From Podarcis liolepis (lineage: Eukaryota), in NCBI GenBank assembly GCA_965112155.1, contig OZ218101.1: a stretch of 64,000 nucleotides of DNA; one strand, written 5' to 3'. Below are positions 1 through 12,683 of this stretch, one piece after another. Each line of letters begins with the position of its first letter. The stretch's first letter is position 1. Made by a program: the position numbers and the translations under genes. The notes below the pieces were generated by a model. It saw only the letters and a program-made list of their open reading frames with translations, had not been told where the DNA came from and searched no databases.

Positions 1-996
1 ATAAGTAAAATGTATTTCCGTGTCTGTGATATCAAATACTGAACACATGCAACATATTTAATGGAACTAGTTTAGTGATAATTTCCCCCCACAAGCACAG
101 AAAGTCACACAATCTACTATTTTAACAAGGATAAAATCAAACTACACTACTTACTGGTTTGGGACAACATTTTCTGCAATGTCAACAACAAACAAAGCCC
201 CCCATAGTGTCTGCAAAATGCACCTTGTCCTTTAACTCACTCTCAGCTGGCTTTGCTCACTATCAGTGATATCATTTCATACCAATGTCCGACTGGCTAC
301 ACAATATTTGGTGCCACCCAGTTCACTGTGTTGAAATCTTGGTTGAAATCCTCATCATTATATCTAATCCAGACACATGCAGAGAAAAAATGCTGCTTTG
401 GAGCCATAATGGAATACAAGGTCACTGAAAAAGTTATTCACCATCATCACATTTATTTTTTTTAATTTTGCAGAAAATATTTCTGCACATACCCATACCC
501 TGAAACCCAAATTGAAATAGAGTATTTTGGGCAGATCTGCTTTTATGTGTGTTTATATTCACACTAAATATATTACTGATCACTTACACAGATGAACACC
601 TTAATTGTTGTCCATCTTCAAGTAACAGTGACCTCATTCACACATCAAAGTAAGCAAACTATAGCTTACCAGGACTGTACAAACCTGCAGCCTCCAATAG
701 AGGAGATCACAGCGGCTTGGCTTCTCCCCAGTCTGATTTACTCCCCAGCTAAGCTAAATCCAAGTTGACTTTTTATTTTAAAGCATTTCTGAACTGCTTC
801 ATACTTTAAATATTAAGTGGTGTACACTATGTACAATATAACAACAATGTCCATTAAAACAAAACAGCAGCCTAAAATCAATTAAACAATACAAAGACGT
901 AAAAGCAAATTAAATAGATTCAGGGTCTTCATACACCTAAATCAGGGGCCATTGTTATGCATCAGATAAAGATAAGACTGAATCAACATCATCATC

Positions 997-1049
<53 letters not shown>

Positions 1050-1080
1050 CGCCCATCGGACTGAGTTGCGGCTTCCAACA
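997..1080 (-). repeat. (ATT)n microsatellite as the tail of a retroposon 3' fragment (L2-type)
   Basis: (ATT)n at 997-1048 followed by cccgcccatc...gcggcttccaaca. A related tail in the opposite orientation is at about 47172-47236. Confidence 0.65.
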
Positions 1081-4000
1081 AATTATTAAGAGAAGCATTG
1101 GTTCTCTGTGGGACTATCTCCTTCTTATCTACACCTCAATTTATAATTTTGAAGCAAGGAAATGTGTTACAAGCCTGCAATTAATGTATTCTCAAGGAAA
1201 CTGACCCTGTTAAGCTTCTGGAATTTTCTACCACTTAGGGAAATGGAATGTGCAAAACCCTAATGTCCCTCTTTGAGATACTTTAAGCTGTTAAGAACAT
1301 TCATCTCCTGACTTACAGAAGCTTCATATGGAAGGTGTTATATTTTTGCTATGTGGTTCATTGAGCAATAACAGAATGCATATAAATTAGTCTTTGAAAC
1401 AGTAGCTGGGTTTAAGCTAAGGAGCGACATGCTCATAGTTCTATGAAACAGAAGAGATGTGAAGTCTCTGTATTAGCAATCTTCCCTCTGTGTCTGAATA
1501 TAGCTACCATTACAGAAAATGAGAAATATATAAGATGACAATGCATAGGATTATAAAATTCAGACCATAATGCACAATTATTCTTGATTCACTGCTTTAT
1601 GTTTTTCCTCTGTATAATCAATAGCTGAAATCAGAAATAAAAAGTGAACTTGAATTGAACTCATTTCCCATTATTCCTTAATTTTTCTGCCCTGGAAAAA
1701 GTCAGATGATTTCATGTCTCAGTTTCACAGAATTTCCCCCCAACCCTCACAAGTATCACCACTATCAAGTTATCCACACTTTTCCAAGGTCAAACATTCT
1801 AACAGATGGATAATAATTAACAGCTTCAGGCACATACAAAGATCATATTTAGCTTAAAATGACATTATTTAAAATATAGTAAATTTTCTGGACAAAAAAA
1901 GATAGTCATGAGCCACAAATTCACGCTAAGAAGCTAAACCAATCTATCTGAATTACAAATATCACTGTTCATAAAATACTGCATTACTGTAGCTAAAGGT
2001 AACCAGCTATTCAGTTTGTTCTTATATGAACTTATCGTATACCTCTGAGAAGTGACCAGTGTGCCATGTAGCATTTTCCTGATCCTAATTGCTGTTTCCT
2101 GTCACTGCAACTTCAAAGCAGAAGCTAATTAGCTTCTCTTCCTCTTAAGCCTGATTTCCTGCTAGACAACCCTAAGGATGTTTCTGCCAAATGAAAAATG
2201 CCTTGACAAACGTCTTCTTGCATTCTACATGTGATGACATACTACATCCCCTATGTCCTACATGGCAGTATATGACACCTGGAAAGAAGGGTGGTATATA
2301 AATAACACCACCACCACCACCACATTGAGGTTTCTGGGGAGATGTTGTTTCTTCCTGCCCTTTGATTTGTTTAACTGGAGATGCAGCACTCAACACTCAC
2401 TGAACTTTCTCAACATTCAAAATGTACCTTCTGGTCCAAAAAGGTTGGTTGCCCCAGGCTTAACACAGTGAAAGCAGGGGTTTTTAAAAGGCTTAACTGT
2501 GGGCGGGGTATACTAAAATCCCTCTTGTATAATCACAGAAGTATCTATTTCCTATCTATTTGCATTAATTTTAAAAAAGTTGTCTCATAGGATAATTTCC
2601 CCATTTGAGGGATGATATAGGGCTTATCGGCCAGCAGATATTTTCCCCATGTACAGATATCTGTGCAGAAGAATCTGTTACATATATGCCTGTCATCCAA
2701 GCCAATTTCCAATAATGGAAAAGGAGCTTCCAGCATGATCATCATCTTTTTTTTAATGTGCAACATAACACGGCAATTTCTGAATGGCCAAGACAACATA
2801 ATAAGTAACATCTCTTGATGCATTGTGATACTGTGCTTGAAAAACAAGCAAATATTTCCTTCATTAAAAATGTACAGAACTTCACTTGTTATCCCAATGA
2901 GAAGATGCACTTGTATTATATAGACAGACTGTAACTCAGAAGCATATGGAATAAATTGTTCTTGCAAAATCTTGTGACGCACAAAGAATTTAAGCAAAAC
3001 AAACCCCTCTTTATTTCAAACAGTTCATTAGCTTAAAACATTTGGTTCTAAAAAAATGGATTCAGTTTTTATGCAAGGAAGCTAACCCTTTACTAAAACT
3101 TATATATTCTTGAAAATTGGAATTACTAAACAAGCCTGCAGCTACAGTTTTCATGTTAAAAATTTTGAACAGTAAATATTTCCAATTACACCTAGCTATT
3201 GTATGGATCAATATTAATAATTTAGCAGTAATTAAGATATTATGTGATGAAATAGTGTCAGTTTAAAATGTGGATTGAACCAAAATTAAGATTTAGGGCA
3301 ATGAGCAAGGCTATATATAGTGAATTAATTCTGTTCGTTAATCTGCATTCTTCACTCAAAGCATTCTGAAGCCATCCCACTAATGTTAAATGTCTCATAC
3401 AGCCTCTGCTCTACAACCAGATGACATTCTGTTATGCCTTTCTGTCTTTCATTACCTCCCTGAAAATAGCTTCCAGTTGCAAATAAAACCACTTCAGCTT
3501 GGTTACCCAAACCCTGAAACCGTATAAATTGTGACAGAAAGTATCTAGTTTTTTGCCTAGTGCTGCAAAGCAGTTTTGGAAGAAGTCCAACATCTTGTAT
3601 GTCGGTTCGGTGCTTTTGCACATGCTTGCTATCTGTACTTGGCACAATCCTGAGAAGAGGTAATTGCAACTCTGTTCAGTGGAGGAAACCAAAGACCTGA
3701 AACAAATATTATTTTTGAAGTTCTGTGCTTTGAATTACACTTTTCATAGGACCAGAAGTTGTATAGGAACTTCAGAAATGCAAAGCTATCCATAGTGGAA
3801 TGCAAAATAAGCAAAATGTGAAATGACTAGACTGAAAGAAAATAAAATGTATCAAAGAAATCTAAACAAGGATACACTAATCATTCACATCTGTTTCCAA
3901 GCTCCACGCAAGAGAACCTCTTTCCCCCTAAAATATTGTGCAACTTCCCTCCCTGCTTTGAGAGAATGCAATGAATGAAGATCAAGAGTGGTATTTTTAA

Positions 4001-4251
4001 AACAGTTTTATTATGTCCCTTGTTGTTTACAGATGCAAAAAGAAGCAGCTTAGCTACAAATATATCTAGATAGGTAGAATATTTTTTACCCCCATCATTC
4101 TGGTGCCCATCCACTACCCAGGGAAGCCTTGAACGATTTAAAATCACAATAAAAAATTAAACAATTTAAACACATACATTACACAACGCTAAAATCAGTT
4201 AAAAGCCACAGCAACAAAGATAATCAGTAATATGACTTTAATAGTCTAAGC

Positions 4252-4387
4252 CAGGCTTCCTCAACCTCGGTCCTCCAGATGTTTTTGGCCTACAACTCCC
4301 ATGATCCCTAGCTAGCAGGCCCAGTGGTCAGGGATGATGGGAATTGTAGTCTCAAAACATCTGGAGGGCTGAGGCTGAGGAAGCCTG
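4252..4387. mobile_element. 136-bp palindromic hAT (Charlie-type) MITE
   Basis: TIRs CAGGCTTCCTCA...TGAGGAAGCCTG. Perfect 8-bp TSD GTCTAAGC (4244-4251 and 4388-4395). Confidence 0.93.
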
Positions 4388-5224
4388 GTCTAAGCCTCTT
4401 AGAATATAAATGTTAGTATCTCAAACAGATTATATAAATAAAAGAATGTGGTCCTTCCTATCAGCCAAGATCAGACCCTCATCGGAGATGTACAGCACAA
4501 TCATACGCAGATTTACTCAGGAAGAAAGTCCCAATATGTTCAATGAAGTTTATTCCCTAGAAAGTGTGTTTAGGATAGACCACCTTAGCTTTGAAGAGTG
4601 GCCGAAATTCAAGAGGACTGGGGCAGAATTTTTGGCCAAAGGTAAGCTAGTCTTAGTGGGTTGGGGGCTCCGTCAGATTAATTTTGTAAACAGGCAACAG
4701 TCACAGGTCATCCTGCAACGTTTTATGAGAATGCTGCCTATTACCGTAATCACTCTTCACATAAATGCAGATGTTAATCTTAATATTTAAAATGTGGTGC
4801 TTGTGCCGTGACTTAATCCTGTGTCTTTAAAAGGGGCACAGCTTTAAATATTTTGCCACTGGCTATATATAGCCCCAACTCTGGAAGGAAACTTCTACTC
4901 CCCAAAAGCCGACAAGGTAACTACTGAAATAGATTGCCTGAGGCTGCAAAGCCATTCAGTTTAAGCAACCTCTAATGGAGAAAAAAATGGGGGCTGCAAC
5001 TTTCATCCTTCCATTAAGGTTTTCTAGCTCTTTGAGGGAAGAACTGCATGGCAGATGCTACCCTATTCTGCTGGCCTGGGCACCAGCTCTGCTCTGGGAT
5101 ATAACCTAGGGTGGGGGAAGAGGGCTTCCCGGGAGAGGCTGCTCTTTGTCAAGCGCAAGGATGTCACTGGCAGTGGTGGAGTTTCTCTTGTTCTACATAG
5201 CCAGAATCTACATTGATAGAACTA

Positions 5225-5291
5225 TGTAACTGCAATGTAAGAACTGTAACTGCAATGTAAGAACTGTAACTGCAATGTGAGAACTGTAACT
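5225..5291. repeat. 20-bp minisatellite, about 3.3 copies
   Basis: Unit TGTAACTGCAATGTAAGAAC in tandem. Confidence 0.9.
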
Positions 5292-5672
5292 TGTGTTTGA
5301 ACTTGCTTGAACTTGCTTTTCCCTCTTCCCTCCCACTTCCCTTTCCTCATATGTCATGTATTTAGATTCTGTGTGTCTCAGTACTGATCTTTGAAAGATG
5401 CTCAGAGCCTAAATGGTAGGGTATGAATGAAATGAAAAATACCAGGATTAATAGCCATTCCTCAACCCATTTCTAACAACCAAAATCATTTTCTTTCTTT
5501 TAGCAATTCAGTTTTGAAAATTCTAGACAGCACAAGTAGCTAAAGCTCAAAAGAGGTACCAGATTTCTTCTAATTTATTTAAAAGGTACAGTTTGTAGTC
5601 TCTCTCATTTTACTACTGTAAGTAGTCCTTGAAATTCAAAAATCTAGCAAGAATGCCCAAATATTTTCAGTT

Positions 5673-5840
5673 ACAGATAGGTAGCCGTGTTGGTCTGCCA
5701 TAGTCAAAATAAAAAAATTCCTTCCAGTAGCACCTTAAAGACCAACTAAGTTAGTTCTTGGTATGAGCTTTCGTGTGCATGCAGACGAAAGTGTATCTGA
5801 AGAAGTGTGCATGCACACGAAAGCTCATACCAAGAACTAA
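5673..5840. mobile_element. Penelope-like element (PLE) remnant made of two inverted partial pseudo-LTRs
   Basis: 15-bp TSD CAAATATTTTCAGTT (5658-5672 and 5841-5855). Contains the reptile PLE terminal sequence (gtagccgtgttggtctg...gcaccttaaagaccaac) and a perfect 34-bp inverted repeat (5750-5783 / 5808-5841). Confidence 0.85.
5793..5830 (+). ncRNA. Minimal type I hammerhead ribozyme motif (PLE-associated)
   Basis: Stem I GTAT (5793-96) pairs with ATAC (5827-30). Core CTGAAGA (5797-5803) plus one extra A. Stem II GTGTG-catg-CACAC (5805-5818). GAAA (5819-22). Palindromic AGCT in place of stem III. Predicted UC cleavage after 5826. Confidence 0.8.
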
Positions 5841-7194
5841 CAAATATTTTCAGTTTCCAGTCTGATGGCAGTTTCAAAACAGTCGTTTTAAGTAATACAT
5901 ATCTGCTCCATATTTGTTCCATTTAGGACAAAAGACAACAGAAATATGTACAGAACATTAATAAATGTAGTTTCCCCAACTTAGCAGATTAATTTCAATG
6001 ACAAATCATGTTACATCATATAACTGGACAAAATAAATATTTGGTTGCATGCGTTTAAGCATAGTACAGGATAACTTTTGTTGTTGACTTTCTCAAACTT
6101 CAATTATTTTAAAAGTCTGAAAAATTTATAGTTTATCTAAATATTCATACTGCAATGGTGTTCCAGCTGAATATCATTTTTAGTTGGCCAACTCACTCAT
6201 ACATATAATGTGATTTTCAGCTCCCATAGGCTGTGATATTACAGATACAATGAATATTTGTAAATTTTGTTTCATGAATATTCATAACAGATGTGTTCCA
6301 AATAAGGCAATAGGTTAACAGTTACTACGGATCCATGAAAAGGAAACATTACTTGTGTCCAATATTTCACAATTTATTTCATAGAATAGGGATGAGAAAA
6401 ATAGCTGGATACGAAGCACAATAGCAAACAGGTCTGTCAGGGTCCTATATAAGAAATAATGTGGTGGAAAAGTCTGGAACACTACTAAATATTAATCCAT
6501 TTTTTAAAAATTGCTGCACCAAAGAAAGGATGAGCACACAGAACCCCCACCTTTTAAAACACAACTATGTGAGATCTGCCTGCATTTAAATGTGATATGT
6601 TACCACATTTGGCTGAAACACTTCAAAAATCCCAATCTCACAGAAATATGTATCTGTCCGTGTGTATCAAACATGCCATGACAGTTAGAAACTGGATCTA
6701 TTTGGAAATAGTACATACCTAATATCTGTAAATACCTAATAAAGAGTTGTTAAAACTTGTAGTTGTTCATGTATCTGTGGGTGCCAATTCTAATATCTAT
6801 AAAAGACTCCTTACAATGAATTTGTTTAGATCCCCTCAGTTCCTCTGTGACAATCAACAACTATGGCAAAAGGAGACACCATGATAGGTTTGCCCTCAAA
6901 GTTCCAATGTGGCAGTGGAATAAAGACTGTAAAAGCAGAGAGAACAGAGTTATAAGGAGATGGGAAGCACATGAAAAGGAAACTGGGAGCATCTTTGATG
7001 TGACAAAATGCAAATGTTCTCCTGAAAGAGAAGATGCACAAATTTTCTCCTTTTCCTGTGGAATTCAAGCATCACTCATGAATGAAGATGCTCTCCCAGT
7101 CAATGTTATCAAGGACAAGGTAAACTCATTGGAAAAGGACCTGCCCTTTTTGTGGTGCCATGCTCATGGACAAAATAATAATAATAATTATGAT

Positions 7195-7687
7195 TGAATT
7201 ATGAAGGAGTGGAAAGAACGCCCAGGCTCAGCTTGTCCAACCTCCTGCAATGCAGGAATCTTAAATAGATAATACATAAAAGATGGCCATCAAATCTCTG
7301 CTTAAAAAGGAGAGTCTACCACTTCCCCGCTGATGAACATCTCTTAGTTCGACACTTGAATTATGTGTTCTAGGACCTTTCCTGCTGTCAATGTCAAGCT
7401 CACTTGTCAGCAGTTACCTGCCTCTTCTCTCCACCCCTTTTGAAGATGGGGGCAACATTTGCCCGCCTCCAGTCCACAGGGACCACCCCTGTTCTCCAAG
7501 AATGGTCCAAGATTATAGACAGAGGCTCTGAGATTACATCTGCAAGCTCCTTTAATACACTTGAGTGGAGCTCATCAGGCCCTGGAGATTTGAATTCATT
7601 TAAAGTAGCTAGGTGTTCCCTTACAACCTCTTTTCCTATCTTAGGCTACAGCTCCTCCTATGCATTGATAACTCTCTTGTCACCAGG
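7195..7687 (-). mobile_element. CR1 LINE relic: ORF2 segment (7359-7687) joined to a decayed 3' end (about 7195-7330)
   Basis: Reverse strand translates KIGKEVVREHLATLNEFKSPGPDELHSSVLKELADVISEPLSIILDHSWRTGVVPVDWRRANVAPIFK, typical of CR1 ORF2 just before the RT domain. A CR1-type 3' sequence (ttgtccaacctcctgcaatgcagg) lies adjacent. Confidence 0.88.
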
Positions 7688-9720
7688 TGGGTGCTGCTTT
7701 CTATGTGGATGTAAATAATTTGATGTTACCATCTCTCATAAGGTATAAAGTGACTCTTGGGAACTTTGCACTGCTAGCTAACTAGGGGAGACGTGAGCAT
7801 TTTGTTCGCCAAAGTATGTCGAGCCTAATCCAAAATAAATTATTTCAGTTTTGCCACATGATTTACAAAAAAGCTGTAGGCTCTTAGCTAGCTGAGTTAA
7901 GGCAATCTCCTTTAACAGACTGTAGACAAATTTATTTCCACCCACTCAAAGATTTAACTAGTATAATTAACTAGTATAATTATAGTAACTTTTTTCCTGA
8001 ACGACCTGGACAAAAAGACTAAGATATCCATACGGGGCCCAGTATGTCTGAACTCAATACAGTTAAAAACCCAAAGATGACAATGTTTACGAAAGAAAAA
8101 GAGAGAGTACACAATATAATATGCTGAGAATTTTGTGAAAATGTACCTAAAAGAAACACTGAGGGGTTAAACCTATTGCATCCAGACAAAGCCAAACTCA
8201 TAGTTTTTAATCTCCTGTTTGACCCTTCCTCTATCACAGCAATTCATCTTTCAAAGAGAAAGTAGCCTCCTTGGGATGGAGATTAATTTGGTGCTAGTTT
8301 CTTCTTTCATCTATTACACATAGATCCTTTTTGGCTGATATACATAATGACTTTTTCAATTTCTTTTACCCTTTGTCATCTAACTACTTAAGATATTTCA
8401 CTTTGAAATGAAGAAAAATAGAACTTTAAAAACTCTACAGGAAGATTGAATTGTGTCTTGGAATAATTTACTACTGCTACCAATACGGAAACAAATAATT
8501 GCTGATTGAACAAAAACTTTGAATGTCATTCTTTCCACGGTGCAATTGTACAGTAATTTTCCAGCTCATTTTCAATATTGTTTTCCCAAAGAAAATTGTG
8601 TCCATAAACTTAATTTGGCAATACATACAAAACATTTCAAATTCCTGATGTGCTATTTAGGGGATCAAGCAAAATAGAAATGGAGCTACAACTTATCTGA
8701 ACCATTCAAAATCTGAACTATACATGCAACTGAGATGAACAGTTCCATGCTTTTAAAAGCCAAGAATCACAATGATAAAAAAAATTACTTATCAAGGTTT
8801 TCTTTTTAAAATGAGCATGATATATAAATGGCAAAGAAGTGAAGAAATGAAAAACAAGTGTTATTGCAAAAGGGGCGAAATTGGATTCACAGTATTTAAC
8901 TCAGCTTCCTAGGCCAAACCCTTCATTCTTGAAGCCAACTGAAAGTCATCTCTTTGTATCTTGATGCTTTTAATGTATGTGTAAAGTATTTTGCTTATTA
9001 TACATTTATGCACATCATCCGCTACACTTAAATGGTGCAGTTAATTAACATCTCAATTAAATGTGTTTTTAAAAGAATGTAGATGTTCATGGAACATACT
9101 GCAAAATAGGATATGGTTCTTTCTAATACTGATTCTGACTCCTCAGTTTTCACATCCTTAGTTGATAAAATAGGAGACTATATTAACATGTGAGCACTGC
9201 AGTACTTAAGCTTTATAACAAGAAAGTTCCCAATTTAGTAAATAATTGAAGGAAAATGTTGAAGCTGCTTAAAATTTCTATATTTATTAGCACCCACCCA
9301 AATCTTAGGCATGTTTTCTCATAAGTAAGTCCCACTATGTTTAGGGCTTGATCTTCTTTTGCAGTATCTCATATCCATTTTGGATATGTCTCTTCAAGTT
9401 CTCTCCATCATTATCTGCTGTTTGCTTCTTGCTTCCACAAAAGTCCTGCTGTGAGTTTTAGATCATCAGCCCATCACATAGATGATTATCCCCTTAGCCT
9501 TTTGAAATTGTAAGGTTTCCATACTAACACTGCTTTATTTAGATAAATTCTAATCTCAGATAAATTCTAATAGTGCTTACTTCCTAATAAAGTAATGTCT
9601 GATTCTAGCTCAGGTTTGCCTATTCTTAACAGCTCCTTGTTGAAACAAAATTGTGTCACCATTCCAGTACATTAATAAAAACCATCCTGCTTTTGTTGGG
9701 AAGTTAACTCAAAAAGGACT

Positions 9721-9794
9721 TGGTCTTTAAGGTGCCACTGGAAGGATTTTTTTTATTTTGACTATGGCAGACCAACACGGCTACCTATCTGTAA
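9721..9794 (+). mobile_element. 5'-truncated Penelope-like pLTR fragment
   Basis: Near-identical reverse complement of 5673-5745. TSD TCAAAAAGGACT / TCACAAAGGACT (9709-9720 and 9795-9806, 1 mismatch). Confidence 0.85.
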
Positions 9795-10187
9795 TCACAA
9801 AGGACTAGTAAGACATTTTGCTGCCTAAGGAGAAGGACAAAATATCCCCACCCCATTCCACAGACAGAAGCTGACTGAACTGGCAGTTAAACTCAGCTTT
9901 ATTATCCACACCATAGGGTAAACACATGCGAGACACATTTGGAAAGAGGCTGGTTATATGTTTCAAATGTTTACATGGTAATGCTAGAAGTCTCCAAGTC
10001 AAAATGCTTGCAAAATGCTTCAGTGAGCTGAAATGCTTAGTTTTAAAGGAGAACAACATATTGACACCTGGTGGAATGAAGGGAACTGGTGTAACACTCA
10101 TCTCTGAATACAAACTGTAGTAGGGGTAGGAAGCCTGTGGCCTTCTCATCATGCCTAATCATTGGGCCAGGCTGGTTGGGATTGAAG

Positions 10188-10328
10188 GAATCACAGAATT
10201 GTAGATTTGGAAGGGACCACAAGGACAATATTTCAACCCCCTGCAATGCAGAAATATTTTCACTAACGTGGGTCTCAAATCCACTACCTTAATTTTAAAA
10301 GTCTCATGCTCTACTGACTGAGCTATCT
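10188..10328 (-). mobile_element. tRNA-headed SINE with CR1-derived tail (Squam2-like)
   Basis: Reverse strand begins gatagctcagtcagtagagcatgagactttt (tRNA-Lys-like head) and ends ggtcccttccaaatctacaattctgtgattc (CR1 3' end). Confidence 0.78.
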
Positions 10329-10473
10329 CTAGAGACATCTGGAGGACCACTCTATTGGAAAGACAGAGGCTTTGCCTAGACGCTAGATGAAATTGTTGTG
10401 GGAAACCAATGGCGGCTGCCTCCAGATGATAACTCTGGCATCTTTAGTAAATTATAGAGATAAGCATTGATTA

Positions 10474-10699
10474 CAGTGGTACCTCGGGTTAAGCACTTAA
10501 TTCGTTCTGGAGGTCCATTCTTAACCTGAAACTGTTCTTAACCTGAAGCACCACTTTAGCTAATGGGGCCTCCTGCTGCCGCTGCACCGCCACCACGCGA
10601 TTTCTGTTCTCATCCTGAAGCAAATTTCTTAACCCGAGGTACTATTTCTGGGTTAGCGGAGTCTGTAACCTGAAGCGTCTGTAACCCAAGGTACCACTG
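10474..10699. mobile_element. Tc1/mariner (Tigger/pogo-like) MITE, 226 bp
   Basis: TA|CAGTGGTACCTCGGGTTA...TAACCCAAGGTACCACTG|TA. A sister copy is at 28791-29021. Confidence 0.92.
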
Positions 10700-12300
10700 T
10701 ACTTAAGAAAAGGCCTGTTACTTACATAATCTCCAAGCTCCTAATAGTTAGTTGACGGTCTTTGATTTAAAATTTCAGTGTGTTATTATATATTGATACT
10801 GTTGTAAACCACTTTGATTTTTTTATAATATAGCGGTACATATTTTTATAAATAAGTAAATGTTTAGATACAGCATGCAAATTATCTCAGACATGTGTCC
10901 CAATATAAATGTCAGTTTTCCAAAACAGAAGTCATATACATGGAAGGTTCATGAGAATCGCATGAAAATCAGCCATCATACCATGAGCACTTGATGAGTT
11001 ATATATGACAAGTACCCTGTGCCTAGCTCCCAAAGATGTAAGAAAGCAAACATGCCATATGTCTCCTTGTATTTAATTCTTACTGAAGAGCAGAATTATA
11101 ATGCAAATATCTTTTCATGCACCCAATTTATAGGAGCACCTGATTTTCTCTTTTAATGAACAGTCTTGCATTAAACGACTAGTGGAAGATCTGTTCCAGT
11201 CAAATCTATTAATTAATTTCTCATCCTTTGTTCATCATGGTTGCTTCCAGCAAACTGTTAAATTGGCTATGCTTACAGCAGAATGGAGTGGGATTTAAGT
11301 TGTAGAGTTCTGAAATGGCAGAACAGATAGTGCTACTTTAGAATACGTACAAGAGAAGGGACATACTTTTTTAAGCTCTCCCTTACACAATACACTTCCT
11401 CTTGCACAGCAAGAACATGATACACATCCCTCATGATGAACTGGGTGTTTCTTAGCAGACACTTTTTTTTTTTAAGGTTGAAAGCATTAAAAAATTTTAT
11501 TTGTACACCTTCAGTCTAAAATGATATAGCCCACTCTAGTAAATTTAATGGTCCTGCTTCTCGTTACTTTTTTTGCTAACTTTTCTTATCACTTATCCAT
11601 CAGTTGGCAAAACTTTTAAAAAGGCAAAAGGGTTTGTTTCATTGTAACACTGCAAAATCAAGTTCAGGAGAGCATCTTCTTTTTTTTTTTAGTTCAAAAC
11701 TCTACAGCGAGGTCAAAACCCTGCACGCTTAGTTGTTTTTTTTCCTGCAACAGAATTGCTGCGGTTATCCTATGTATCACTGCGAATGGAAACAATTAAC
11801 CACAGGACCATAATAGTTGAGCCTGTCCATAACTGGCTGCAAAGATTTAAAGGAAAAAGAAACATCCCTGTAAAGAATTAACAAATTGCATGTTGGATCT
11901 AGACTTCCAGTGAGTGGAGTTCAACTCATGTGGCACTGGAGGAAGAGATTATTTTTCTGACTTCTCCTTCCCCCACAGTACTCTGCATCCCCTGAAAACT
12001 GCTCTGATGGTGCTGGGAGATGCAGGAGGGGAAATTGGCAAAAATTACCTCCTTCTGTTTTGTCCAAGAAGAGCTTACACTGCATTGCAGTTCACTCTAT
12101 AGTCTGGATGCGACAACTATGTGTGTACTTGTTTTCTCTAGATATACTTGCAGGAACAGGGGAAACCCCCAAAATCAGAGTTCCTGCAACATCAGGTGCC
12201 TAACTGCAGATACCCTAATTATTTGTATGCATGCTCCACTTGCCCCATTATAATGTGCACAGCCAAGTGTGAGATTCTATTTTCAGCTTTTGTTCTTTTA

Positions 12301-12534
<234 letters not shown>

Positions 12535-12683
12535 TTAAACATCAAGTACTCTGAATGAGAAGAATCATTTTGTTAAAGAGGGCAATGGAAGGTTGAACTA
12601 CAGATACTTCCACAGCTCCTTCCTGAGGGTTTATTTCCAGGACATGAAGAAGAATATATATTTGATTGATATACGATTATTTA

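Noticed and set aside
5225-5291. CRISPR-like array
   Set aside because: Head-to-tail repeats with no unique spacers, in a vertebrate intron. It is a minisatellite.
2545-7197. Longer ORFs (2545-2997, 3352-3692, 4410-4790, 6847-7197)
   Set aside because: No recognisable protein family and no resemblance to the expected next ROBO1 exon. Lengths are compatible with chance.
10260-10328. tRNA-Lys gene
   Set aside because: A degenerate tRNA-like head fused to a CR1 tail, so a SINE. The same applies to the heads at 18319 and about 63200-63285.
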